Below, in pieces: positions 38,286 to 47,584 of a DNA stretch of 64,000 nt; position 1 is the first letter of the stretch; every line of letters starts with the position of its first letter. The DNA comes from a virus: the IMG/VR virus record IMGVR_UViG_3300033182_001206, positions 6,408 through 70,407 of that record; one strand, given 5' to 3'. A program made the position numbers and the translations under genes. The notes beneath the pieces were generated by a model, which was not told where the DNA came from, ran no database searches, and saw nothing but the letters and a program-made list of their open reading frames with translations.

Positions 38286-39534
38286 ATTGATTCAGCATGT
38301 CAATGATTGTGCGTCTTTGTTGTTCTAAAAACACTGTTTCAAACACCTGTTTGTTGTGCTGATTTTGTTCATGTACAATTTCTTTGACAAATGGTGTTAT
38401 TTCGTCGTTTTCCATTCTTCTAATAAATTCTTGTAGTGCACTTACAGCATAATCAATTCTGTCTACCATTTTGGGCACTGTGTCATAGAATTCATCAACC
38501 AACCAACCCCATGTTTCAAAGCCATACTTTTGCAACTGTTCCACTGTGCCTTGTTGCCCTACCCAAATAGCAGGATGCTCGTACAAAAAAGGTCTGTATG
38601 CTGCTTCACTTAGAAACAATGCACCGCCTTCGATTTGAGTTTCAGTGATCACACTCAGTGCTGTACGATTGTAAAAAGGAACACTGCTCAATGTGGTATC
38701 ACTGCCTGCACAGTAGTTGCCCTGCTGATCTTTCACATCCAGTGTCAGTGGCAATTCCCAACTGAGATCTGCAAACTGTTTGAACATGATTTCTTTTTCT
38801 ACATAATCATCTTCATCTGGTGTATACAATTCATCGCTGTGCTTTTCCCAGTGCTGACACCATGCTTTTGCTTTGTCCAAAAAACCCCAGTTGAACATCC
38901 TATCAGGACAACTGTTGAATCCTTTTTCCAACATACCGTGTCTGTACAAATGCCATATCCAGTGCAATCTACCCGGCTTCATCCAGCGTTGCATACAAAG
39001 ATAACTGCGATCAAATTTACGTTGGTTGTATGGTATCAACTGATCGTAAAATTCAGGAATGTCTTTTTCAATTTGTCTATGAAATACATGACTGTACACA
39101 CTGAGTCCAGCACACTGAATTTCTGGATGATGCTGTCGTTGTTGTACACGCAGGTCGCCGCTGAGCCAAGCTACATTTGCATAAGGTATTTGATTTTCAT
39201 CGCAAAACTGTTTGAGTATACCGTCAACGTCCACTTGTTCAGCAATTGGATATGTGTCGGTGGGCGAAAAACTTTCTTGTGCAGTACAGAAAACAATTGT
39301 GCATTTTCCAATACGTGCATCAGCAATTGCAGTGCGATTCAACAGAGTTGTAAAGTTTCCTTGATAAAAGTCTTTGCTGGGACTTTTGGTGTAGTCTCCG
39401 CTTATTTCTACCCAATGAATATATTTTTCGTCGCTAGGAGCACGTTGTTCAATTTTCAACTGTGAAAAGAATCTTGTCATGTAGTTGTCACTGAACATGC
39501 GATCCTGTACAATCGTTGGTATTGTGTTATGCAT
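38263..39534 (-). CDS. Putative GT-B-like protein (ET..TEK..P family), copy 2
   Basis: SVITETQ..LSEAAYRP..P..GFETW..DEFYD. Confidence 0.55.
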   Translation of the reverse strand: MHNTIPTIVQDRMFSDNYMTRFFSQLKIEQRAPSDEKYIHWVEISGDYTKSPSKDFYQGNFTTLLNRTAIADARIGKCTIVFCTAQESFSPTDTYPIAEQVDVDGILKQFCDENQIPYANVAWLSGDLRVQQRQHHPEIQCAGLSVYSHVFHRQIEKDIPEFYDQLIPYNQRKFDRSYLCMQRWMKPGRLHWIWHLYRHGMLEKGFNSCPDRMFNWGFLDKAKAWCQHWEKHSDELYTPDEDDYVEKEIMFKQFADLSWELPLTLDVKDQQGNYCAGSDTTLSSVPFYNRTALSVITETQIEGGALFLSEAAYRPFLYEHPAIWVGQQGTVEQLQKYGFETWGWLVDEFYDTVPKMVDRIDYAVSALQEFIRRMENDEITPFVKEIVHEQNQHNKQVFETVFLEQQRRTIIDMLNQFTQTQPV

Positions 39535-40840
39535 AGTTGGTCCAAATGTATTCTAGTTCTGGGAACGCAGAGGGTGTATCTTCGTTTCTCAACTGATCAA
39601 TCAGTTTAGTTTGATTGACCATGTCACGCAACACACTTTCATCCAGCTGCTCGCTGTTCATAAATCCAATAGTGTTGTTGATAGTATCAATCACTGGATT
39701 GAGATGATAATCAGGAAATGCATCAGATAACCATTGAATATGATCACGCAATACCTGTTCGGCATCCTGTTTCATATGCGGCGGCAATGCTTTCAAATTA
39801 TAAAAGCTGGGATTTTCCAATATGTTGAAAAACATGTCGTTTGGTTTTAGCCATTCACGTTTGATCCATTTTTTATGTAGATCGCAAATGGTAAACACAC
39901 TCATGATTTGCAGCGTAGGAGCAATCCCAAATCGCACATGAGGTGCTTCTTCTTTGACACGCTTTACATGTTTTTCTATAGTGGGCCACACTGTGTCTTT
40001 GCGTATATTTTCAGCTCTAGCACCTTCAGCATCTATACTTGCTGCACAGTATACATTTTTGAATTTGCTCCAAGTTTTGATCACATCCATGTCTTTGTAG
40101 TGCATTTGCATGAAGTTCGTACTGTAACGCAGATAAACATCGTACAATTCAAGTTCATCCAAACGTTTGAGAATACGATAGTGTTCTTCCATGATCATTG
40201 GTTCGCCGCCAGCAAAATAAAGTTCTTGCACATAGGGCAAATACTCATCCAATCGATCCAACAGTGCTGTACTGTCTTCTACTCCGTGAACAATAGCTTG
40301 GTTACGCTGTGTTTTGTATCTATATTCTTCGTGCTGTTCTGCCAGTTCTTTTGCATCGTTGAACCAACGACTGCTGCTGAAATGTCCACACATTTTACAG
40401 CGCATGTTGCAAATATTACTAAAACGTATATCCCAATATATGGGCTTGCTGTCTGTGCTGGTGCCATCTTCTTCTGTGTTCAGTACCCATTGTTTACTGG
40501 GTTGATGATATTTGCGCACACTGTCTGTGCGCAGGCTCCATGTGCCGCTGCTTTCTTTGCTGTAACATGCTTGGCAATGTGGAACTTTTTTATCCTCCCT
40601 CATGCGCAATCTCAGTTTGCGCATTTCTTCACCGTTCCAAATTTCATCAAAAGTTTGATTGTTGATGTTGCCCAGTGGACGGTTCCAATCTCCTACACAG
40701 CAAGGCAATACATCACCAATGGCACTAACATGCAGGTGACTCCACAGCAGAGGACAATATGCATCAGTTTCGTCAACCACCTGCTGCCAATCTGCACCGC
40801 TTTCAATCAGTGCATTTACTTTGCTATAATCTGCTGGCAT
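39527..40840 (-). CDS. Radical SAM protein with N-terminal twitch domain
   Basis: CPLLW..GDVLPCC..CQAC; RFSNICNMRCKMC; FAGGEP. Confidence 0.92.
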   Translation of the reverse strand: MPADYSKVNALIESGADWQQVVDETDAYCPLLWSHLHVSAIGDVLPCCVGDWNRPLGNINNQTFDEIWNGEEMRKLRLRMREDKKVPHCQACYSKESSGTWSLRTDSVRKYHQPSKQWVLNTEEDGTSTDSKPIYWDIRFSNICNMRCKMCGHFSSSRWFNDAKELAEQHEEYRYKTQRNQAIVHGVEDSTALLDRLDEYLPYVQELYFAGGEPMIMEEHYRILKRLDELELYDVYLRYSTNFMQMHYKDMDVIKTWSKFKNVYCAASIDAEGARAENIRKDTVWPTIEKHVKRVKEEAPHVRFGIAPTLQIMSVFTICDLHKKWIKREWLKPNDMFFNILENPSFYNLKALPPHMKQDAEQVLRDHIQWLSDAFPDYHLNPVIDTINNTIGFMNSEQLDESVLRDMVNQTKLIDQLRNEDTPSAFPELEYIWTNYA

Positions 40841-42338
40841 CTTCTAAACCTTTTCTAAACATGTCTTCGTACTCTGGAAATACACTGCAAAAATCAGTGC
40901 CTCTGCGCCGATCTAATATATCAATGTACCTTGCAAAATTAGCACGATGCATGACACTTTCTTCTTCAAATCGATCATATTCATAGCCTGCGTAGAATGC
41001 GTTGTCCACAACACGGCCCATTTTTTCAGCTTCAAAGTCATAGAAATTTCTGTTGTCTTCACCAACAGTCAAATTACTCATCATGAATTCATATTGATCC
41101 CACACACGTGGCATGGTCCATGCTTTGTCTGGTGTGCCCACACTCATAAACGGAGGAAAGTGCAACGGACTAATATCAATGTGTAGACTGCAAGGTTTTT
41201 CTCCTCTTACAAACCAATCGCCTTGACCAGTGGATTTCATAAACTCTACATATTGATTGTAACGTCCAATCATCGATCCATTGTAACGATTGTATCGCTG
41301 CTTTACTTCCAACACACGCTGTAAAAATGTTTTGAAACTGGGTATACTCATCAAACTGTAAGTAACCATGATCGTGTTGTCAACCTGAGGATGGTTTTCA
41401 ATAAGATACATCAGTCTATCCCACAGCAGATTGAAGTCCAATCCACTGCGAATGTATTCTGCTTGCTCGCCCCAGCCGTCAATACTGGTATACAATGTGA
41501 TCTTTTTTACACAATTTTGATCTTCGTTGCGTTTGATAAAGTCCAGCAGTTTTTGCCAAGCTGCTTCTGGTGCATTCAAGTTTGTGTTCAGTGCAAAGTC
41601 CAGCTCGGGTCGAGGATCTTGTTCCAAATCCTGCATCAATCTAAATGTATCTCGACTCATAAGAGGCTCGCCGCCTGTGATACGCAAATACTTGATGCTG
41701 TTTTTCAATTCAGGCCACCATTTCCAAAATGCTTCAACATATGGATTGTATTCACGTTGGGGAATAGGTAACTGATCAATACTTTTGTACCATTCTAAAT
41801 CATGATAGTTCCAGCTTCGTGTTCGCTTTTTGACATCAAACAGTGTTATACGTTCATGTGCTTCTTGTTCTTGCTGCCATTTGCTGCTGAAATGCGGGCC
41901 GCAGTATGAACATTTTAGATTACACGCATTTGAAAAGCTCACTTCAACATAATTAGGAGCATGACTTTCTCCTAGTCCGCTGCTGCGAATTGTGTCAAAT
42001 CTATCTGCAAATAAATTTGCACTTTTTAGATATCTGTCACTGATAGCATTTTCATTGTTGTCTTCCATTTTGTAACAATAGTTACAAGGCTCTGGTCTTT
42101 CGCCACGTATCATTGCAGCACGTTGATTCAGCTTCTCTTCACTGTTGTGAATTGCCATATAATTGGACTCAACTTCTTCAACGCTGATTTTATGCGGTGC
42201 AGGGTGGTGACAACTGTGCGTCATTCCGTTGTGCAAGTGCATGGTGACTTGATCCCATTTGGCCAAGCAGTAACCAGAACCAACGTCATTTAGACGCTGC
42301 TTCATATCCAGTGCACGTTGTAGTTCATTTTCATTCAT
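40824..42338 (-). CDS. Radical SAM protein with N-terminal Cys/His domain
   Basis: CLAKW..HSCHHP..CNYC; SNACNLKCSYC; TGGEPL. Confidence 0.92.
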   Translation of the reverse strand: MNENELQRALDMKQRLNDVGSGYCLAKWDQVTMHLHNGMTHSCHHPAPHKISVEEVESNYMAIHNSEEKLNQRAAMIRGERPEPCNYCYKMEDNNENAISDRYLKSANLFADRFDTIRSSGLGESHAPNYVEVSFSNACNLKCSYCGPHFSSKWQQEQEAHERITLFDVKKRTRSWNYHDLEWYKSIDQLPIPQREYNPYVEAFWKWWPELKNSIKYLRITGGEPLMSRDTFRLMQDLEQDPRPELDFALNTNLNAPEAAWQKLLDFIKRNEDQNCVKKITLYTSIDGWGEQAEYIRSGLDFNLLWDRLMYLIENHPQVDNTIMVTYSLMSIPSFKTFLQRVLEVKQRYNRYNGSMIGRYNQYVEFMKSTGQGDWFVRGEKPCSLHIDISPLHFPPFMSVGTPDKAWTMPRVWDQYEFMMSNLTVGEDNRNFYDFEAEKMGRVVDNAFYAGYEYDRFEEESVMHRANFARYIDILDRRRGTDFCSVFPEYEDMFRKGLEDASRL

Positions 42339-43539
42339 TGAATGCTCGCTTTGCGTTGTTTACAAGAGCAGTTAGGTTACCCAGGCCAACTCGAGGATGC
42401 TGGAATATAGGATTGGTTAGTTCACGTAAAAATTCTCTGTGTTCAGGATGCGAATCTTTCCATATACAATGCTGTTCGTATTCTTCTGGCTTCCAAGTTC
42501 CCCAGTCAGTGACAAGACTGAAACACACCTGTTCTGCATTGGGGAAACGTTCCAAACACATTTCAGCATACTGAACCATTTCTTTGTAGTTATCACGCTG
42601 CACAACAAAATCATAATAGATACGGAAGTTGGGGTACTGCTCACGCTTTTTGTCCAAGAAATCGCAGTTGCTCAACAACAATTCCCAGTTGCCATTCAAT
42701 CGTGTTTTGCCTTCGTATGTTTCTTTTGTACCTGCATCCAAGCTGATACGACAACTGCCCAAGTTGTTGTGTATTTTGCTGATGCTGTCCCACATCTTAG
42801 GAGTGAACATCACCCCATTGGTTTGCATGTTTACAGTGAGATTAGGGAAATCTTTGCCGTTGATTTTCCACAGCATTTCTCTATAAATTTTGCTGGCAAA
42901 CGGATCGCCGCTGCCGGTTACAAAAATACTGAAACTTCTGTCAGTGGGTTCACTGAACAGCATATCAAAAATTTTGTCATTGATTTGTTTGCGTCTGTCG
43001 TACATGGGTCCTTCGGTAAACAGTATTTTGTCTACTCTGCAGCTAGGACATTTTAGATTACAGCTTTCATCGTTGCTGAAGTTGATATTGGTAGGAAGTT
43101 CAGCACTGACAGTGCTGCCTGTTTCCAATGCTTGAATTTCATGCGGCCAGAATTTTTTGGGATTGTTCTTTACCCATTCAATATCAGGAAGATTATTGCT
43201 GGCTATTTCAGGACAGAAGCTGTGTTGACAGTATCCCCATTCTCCACTGAATACTTGATCTCTCAGTTTTTGAGCACGTTCACCGTTCCACATTTCTTCC
43301 AATGTGTCTTCCATAACATTGCCAATGCTGTAGGGCAACCAACTTGGACAACACATCCATGCTCTACCATGCATGTCAATTTCCAGCCATGTGTACAATT
43401 TGTTGCAGTATTTTCCTGCAAGATCTTTTCTGCCAGTGGTCATACCAACAGTGTCTTTGATCCAGACTCTACCAAAGAGAGGATCATTGTAATGGCCGTC
43501 TGCTTCTATGCTAAATGGACGTTGACTTTCGGAACTCAC
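42331..43539 (-). CDS. Radical SAM protein with N-terminal twitch domain
   Basis: CNKLY..CCPSW..CQHSFCP; DESCNLKCPSC; TGSGDPFAS; TNG. Confidence 0.92.
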   Translation of the reverse strand: MSSESQRPFSIEADGHYNDPLFGRVWIKDTVGMTTGRKDLAGKYCNKLYTWLEIDMHGRAWMCCPSWLPYSIGNVMEDTLEEMWNGERAQKLRDQVFSGEWGYCQHSFCPEIASNNLPDIEWVKNNPKKFWPHEIQALETGSTVSAELPTNINFSNDESCNLKCPSCRVDKILFTEGPMYDRRKQINDKIFDMLFSEPTDRSFSIFVTGSGDPFASKIYREMLWKINGKDFPNLTVNMQTNGVMFTPKMWDSISKIHNNLGSCRISLDAGTKETYEGKTRLNGNWELLLSNCDFLDKKREQYPNFRIYYDFVVQRDNYKEMVQYAEMCLERFPNAEQVCFSLVTDWGTWKPEEYEQHCIWKDSHPEHREFLRELTNPIFQHPRVGLGNLTALVNNAKRAFNE

Positions 43540-44525
43540 TTATCATCTTCCAGTGTGTATTGTACGCTGTCCTCACGTATAAATGCACCCATTCTAGCAG
43601 GGTTTGTGTAAACTGCTTTGAAAAATCTACTGCCATCTTCGTCAAGGTCTGCAATTGGCAAGTCCAAGTGACGCTTGATTTCTACACCTAGCTCTCGACT
43701 ACGTGCACGTACAGCTTCTTTGTTCCAACGAACACCAGTGTTTGCACAGATTTCTCCATCTGGGTCTTCAAAGTCCGGAAACAGTTCTGTGTTGAAAAAG
43801 TTTGTGAGCCAATCAAAGTCGCGTACATTTTTCCAGTCCCATTCGGTTCTAGTGATGTTGGTCATGTATGTTCCCAGTCTGGCACCGTACATTGCCCAAA
43901 TACCATTTGGACTATCTTCTCCTACACTCATCCAGGTAAACAGTCTCTTCAAGTTTGTTTTGTGCACAGTTTTCAGTCGTTCCGGATCTACAACATCGCC
44001 ACCTTCCAGTGTCATTTTCACACCTTCGCGGAAACCAGCACGCCAGGCTTGCAATGGGCTACCATTGTTCATAACATCACAATAGATGTTGTTCATTTGC
44101 ACATAGTTGATGTTCCAACAAAAGTCAACCTGTGCTGCTGCATTGTTTGGGTCTGCTGCTTCATGTGTGCGCATCTGCTGCACAACATGCTTGGGCCACA
44201 TTTTGATACCACCGTTGCCGTACACCAAACCATTGATTGTGTTTTTGCCTGCCCAGCTAACAACGTCATTAGCACCTATTAGACTACTGTCAAACTCTAC
44301 ATTGAAAAAGTCTGGGCGAACCTTGTTGTCTGCATCAATGGTAATAAATCTATCCGATTCTGCCATTGCTGCTGCTGCCTTGTGTGCGGCATCACTGCCC
44401 CATACACCGTGACTGCGCATTGCCCAAGGACAAATTTCCAGCAGGTGCGCATAGTTTTCGTCTGCGTTGGGTTCGTCATAGCTAATGAATACTATGTCGA
44501 ATTCATTGATTGATGTCATGCTCAT
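43536..44525 (-). CDS. GT-A-fold glycosyltransferase-like protein (FISY family, copy 2)
   Basis: FISYDEPNADENY, TIDAD (DxD), YGNGGIKMWP, WRAGFREGVKM. Confidence 0.65.
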   Translation of the reverse strand: MSMTSINEFDIVFISYDEPNADENYAHLLEICPWAMRSHGVWGSDAAHKAAAAMAESDRFITIDADNKVRPDFFNVEFDSSLIGANDVVSWAGKNTINGLVYGNGGIKMWPKHVVQQMRTHEAADPNNAAAQVDFCWNINYVQMNNIYCDVMNNGSPLQAWRAGFREGVKMTLEGGDVVDPERLKTVHKTNLKRLFTWMSVGEDSPNGIWAMYGARLGTYMTNITRTEWDWKNVRDFDWLTNFFNTELFPDFEDPDGEICANTGVRWNKEAVRARSRELGVEIKRHLDLPIADLDEDGSRFFKAVYTNPARMGAFIREDSVQYTLEDDK

Positions 44526-45483
44526 GTGTTTCGCCTATTACTAAATTTGGATATTGGTGTACTATCTTGTACTTCTCTGGAAGATGCAGCGACCGATACT
44601 GCACTGTTTTACCAGACAAGTCTCTACTGTTGATATCCAGACTGCCAATAAATCTCTGATCTATGTTATCTTCTATTGTAGCATCTACAAAGAACAAATG
44701 CAACCTTTTATTTGGCAAAGTCTTGTAAAGATCCTTGCTGCCGCGTATGTAAAAAGTTCCATTGCTGCGCCTAGTTACCACAATGTGATTGATTTCTTCT
44801 AACTTACTTATGTTGATGCGTCTTTGATTTGTGTTGTATGCGGGTACATATTCGTCACCTATATCATAACCATAACTGTCAAACAGTCGCATGGTGTAGA
44901 TGTCAATGTCACTGATATCCACATAACGCTCAATGCTGTGTTTTAGTCGCACAGCCACAGTGTTTTCTCTAACCAATTCCAATGGATCAATGATGATTTG
45001 ATTGATTAGAAAGTCTGGATTGTTGCGCTTGGTAATGTACAAGTTCATCTTGCTGCCCTGTGGGTTGGTAAGATCATTCATCTTGATTCCCCACAACAGT
45101 TTCTGTTTTGTTTGATAGCTGACGTTTACAGTAACAATATTATCTTGCGGATACAGCTTTATGTTGATATCATTGCTAACACGATTTTTAGGAATTTTGT
45201 ACAATAGATTTTCAGGTGCACGTAATCCTGCTACATCTTTTTTGTGCATAAACGCAGGTTCGTTGGTTTCATCATCGTAGTGCACACACCACCAGGCGCT
45301 GTTTTCTTTGCCGCTGATAATTTTACTGCACACAGCGTTTTCTGTTATTACGTAAGGATTCGTAGTTTCTGGAACCAACTTCTTTGATATTTTTACAATG
45401 CGGCCGTCGGCATCATTGTAATAGACAAAAAACTTACGCTGCTTCTTTTCTTTGGGAATTTCTGTAACGGTCTCGAATTCCAT
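44503..45483 (-). CDS. Hypothetical protein with apparent internal domain duplication
   Basis: Coupled ORF; two similar segments (MNLYITKR..FLINQIIID / LHLFFVD..RFIGSLDIN). Confidence 0.65.
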   Translation of the reverse strand: MEFETVTEIPKEKKQRKFFVYYNDADGRIVKISKKLVPETTNPYVITENAVCSKIISGKENSAWWCVHYDDETNEPAFMHKKDVAGLRAPENLLYKIPKNRVSNDINIKLYPQDNIVTVNVSYQTKQKLLWGIKMNDLTNPQGSKMNLYITKRNNPDFLINQIIIDPLELVRENTVAVRLKHSIERYVDISDIDIYTMRLFDSYGYDIGDEYVPAYNTNQRRINISKLEEINHIVVTRRSNGTFYIRGSKDLYKTLPNKRLHLFFVDATIEDNIDQRFIGSLDINSRDLSGKTVQYRSLHLPEKYKIVHQYPNLVIGETHEHDINQ

Positions 45484-46285
45484 TGAATAGTTCCTCGTCT
45501 AAAAAATCATCATTGATATATGCAAATGACTGGCTTTGTAAAAAGTTGTCAATCTTTAGTTGTCCTGTATACCAAACATTCAATATATCAGTCCACAAGT
45601 TGTTTTTGAAGTTGTACATTTCTGTATAACTGAGAACTTCTAGGTTTGTGTGCAAATTATCTGTATAACTGTCCAACAGGCTGTTGGTAATGCTGTGCAG
45701 CAAATCCGTTTGCGGCCAGGTTGGTATATGTTCTGGCTTGAGTATGGTTTTGTACATTTCTCTCCAATGATGACAAACCACATCAAACATCTTGAAGTAT
45801 GCATGACTGTTGTCGCTGTTGTCAAAGTACCACATTCCGTCATTGAGATTTGCCAAATTGTTTTCGAACCATACTTTTCTATTGTCGGGCAAATAGGGCA
45901 TTGCTCTAAATGTTTTTACTTGCTGCGGAAAACACACACTGTATGTGCTTAGGGCAGCCCAGTGATATTGTAAATTTTCCAACAGTAGAACATCACTGCG
46001 CAGTACAATATTTTTTTCAAATGGTGTTGCATGAAACAGTTGCCAATCATTGAGATTCCAATGTACACTTTCTCCAGCAGTGTTGCCGTATGGAAATTCA
46101 ATGAGATAGTCTGCACATTCTTCATACTTGCTGGGGAAAGCTCTTATGTTTGTTACAAATATTGCAACACTGGTATCAGGGTTGGAGAGTTTGGCTTGCA
46201 TTGCACAAGCTGCTGCCCGACGATAACTGCTTTGATTGCCTCCGCCGTTGATTACAAATCCTTGTGGTTCTTGACTGTCAATCAT
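45434..46285 (-). CDS. Glycosyltransferase-like protein (GT8-like), paralog of 46289-47185
   Basis: NDWQLFHATPFEKNIVLRSD, DGMWYFD. Confidence 0.55.
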   Translation of the reverse strand: MIDSQEPQGFVINGGGNQSSYRRAAACAMQAKLSNPDTSVAIFVTNIRAFPSKYEECADYLIEFPYGNTAGESVHWNLNDWQLFHATPFEKNIVLRSDVLLLENLQYHWAALSTYSVCFPQQVKTFRAMPYLPDNRKVWFENNLANLNDGMWYFDNSDNSHAYFKMFDVVCHHWREMYKTILKPEHIPTWPQTDLLHSITNSLLDSYTDNLHTNLEVLSYTEMYNFKNNLWTDILNVWYTGQLKIDNFLQSQSFAYINDDFLDEELFNGIRDRYRNSQRKEAA

Positions 46286-46288
46286 TGT

Positions 46289-47185
46289 TTATTCCCATTG
46301 GTTCATCATGCGACCCAGTGCACGTTTGTTCATAATATGGATGTCTTGCTTTTCAATTTTCACCAGTATATTTTTCCATGGTTCGTCTCTGTCATGTGCT
46401 AAAAACACAAAATGGTCTGCACTGTTGCTTTCTACAATATCGTCTTTTTGATCCACATTCAGCATGCGATTACCAGGTAGGTTTGTAACAAAGTCTCCAA
46501 TTTGCATACCATCTAGTATATGACTGGCAATGCTTACACAAAAGTCTGTTCTAAACAGTTTGCTTTCGAACCCGTACAAGAACTTGTAGTAGTCATAGTT
46601 GTCTGCAATGTGTGCCCATGTATCAAAGAACATGCGGCTTTCATTGCTTTGATCAAAATAAATCACTGTGCTCCACATCATTGGAATACCATTTTCGTGT
46701 AGCCAGCGTTCTTTGAATCTTGGATATTCGTATCTTAGGTAACGTGCATCTTTGAACATCTGCACTGGATTGACATTGTCCTTATCAAACACTGTTTCCA
46801 ATGCATTGGTTTGCACAATGTAATCAATATCCATTAGTATAGTACGTTCAAAAGGTGTTAGCCAAAACACTTTGTGCTTGTTTCCGTTTTTGAAAGGTGC
46901 ACTGAATTCAGTCCACGGTGAATCATAGTGTGCTCTGTAGTTTTGATTTTCTGGTGTGTTAGTGGTAACAATGTAATCAAATATTTCATCAATTTCAGCC
47001 GCACTGTACACACTGCGGAGATAACCTTCGCCAGCTTCGTCTGTGATTAGACAAGTGTTGTTGTGTGTTGTAAAATGTTTCTTTACTTGTTCTGCTGCTA
47101 GTACACTGAAATTGATGTAGTCTAGTTGATCATTATTGTATGCAAAGAAACAAACACCTGTTCGGGCTAGTTTGTCCATTACCAA
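46289..47185 (-). CDS. Glycosyltransferase-like protein (GT8-like)
   Basis: GVCFFAYNN..DY, TPFERTILMDIDY (DxD), WSTVIYF, FRTDFCVSIA. Confidence 0.62.
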   Translation of the reverse strand: MVMDKLARTGVCFFAYNNDQLDYINFSVLAAEQVKKHFTTHNNTCLITDEAGEGYLRSVYSAAEIDEIFDYIVTTNTPENQNYRAHYDSPWTEFSAPFKNGNKHKVFWLTPFERTILMDIDYIVQTNALETVFDKDNVNPVQMFKDARYLRYEYPRFKERWLHENGIPMMWSTVIYFDQSNESRMFFDTWAHIADNYDYYKFLYGFESKLFRTDFCVSIASHILDGMQIGDFVTNLPGNRMLNVDQKDDIVESNSADHFVFLAHDRDEPWKNILVKIEKQDIHIMNKRALGRMMNQWE

Positions 47186-47523
47186 TCCATTAGTTTTTTG
47201 ATATTCCGTGCACGTTTGATTTTTTCGTTTTCAGCTTTGTATTCATTCATTGCTTGGTGATATGCACTTTTCAATTGATCCAACAGCTCTTGTGGATTTT
47301 CCAGTTCAACTGGATTGTTTTTATCATCTTCGACAATTAGACTTTTATCAAGTTCAATCATTGTGCTTAGAAATGCAATCATTGTAGGTGTTGCAGTGAA
47401 TGCACTTCCTTTGTAATGCACTGTTCTAATAGTGTTGATACGATTTCTAAGATTTGTTTTTTGATTAGCAAGTGTTACACGATAGTTGCTAAATTCTAAT
47501 GCTTTTTCTAAGCGTTCATCCAT
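47179..47523 (-). CDS. Hypothetical phage protein (114 aa)
   Basis: AGGAG SD; first gene after a consensus sigma70 promoter; MDERLEKALEFSNY..DD..NP. Confidence 0.8.
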   Translation of the reverse strand: MDERLEKALEFSNYRVTLANQKTNLRNRINTIRTVHYKGSAFTATPTMIAFLSTMIELDKSLIVEDDKNNPVELENPQELLDQLKSAYHQAMNEYKAENEKIKRARNIKKLMDW

Positions 47524-47550
47524 GCGGGCTTTCTCCTGGAGTTTGCCAAT

Positions 47551-47579
47551 ATTATATACTTATGTTTAGTGAATGTCAA
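47551..47579 (-). promoter_or_regulatory. Perfect-consensus sigma70 promoter with an embedded ATAAGTA late-like motif
   Basis: Minus strand reads TTGACA-ttcactaaacataagta(17)-TATAAT upstream of 47523. Confidence 0.85.
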
Positions 47580-47584
47580 GCAGT

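Noticed and set aside
39527-43539. NrdG, MoaA or other housekeeping radical SAM assignments
   Set aside because: No partner genes (nrdD, moaC), and the N-terminal auxiliary Cys domains do not fit those families
45530-45560. Additional TTGACA hexamer on the minus strand
   Set aside because: Intragenic, with no -10 element at a 16-18 nt spacing
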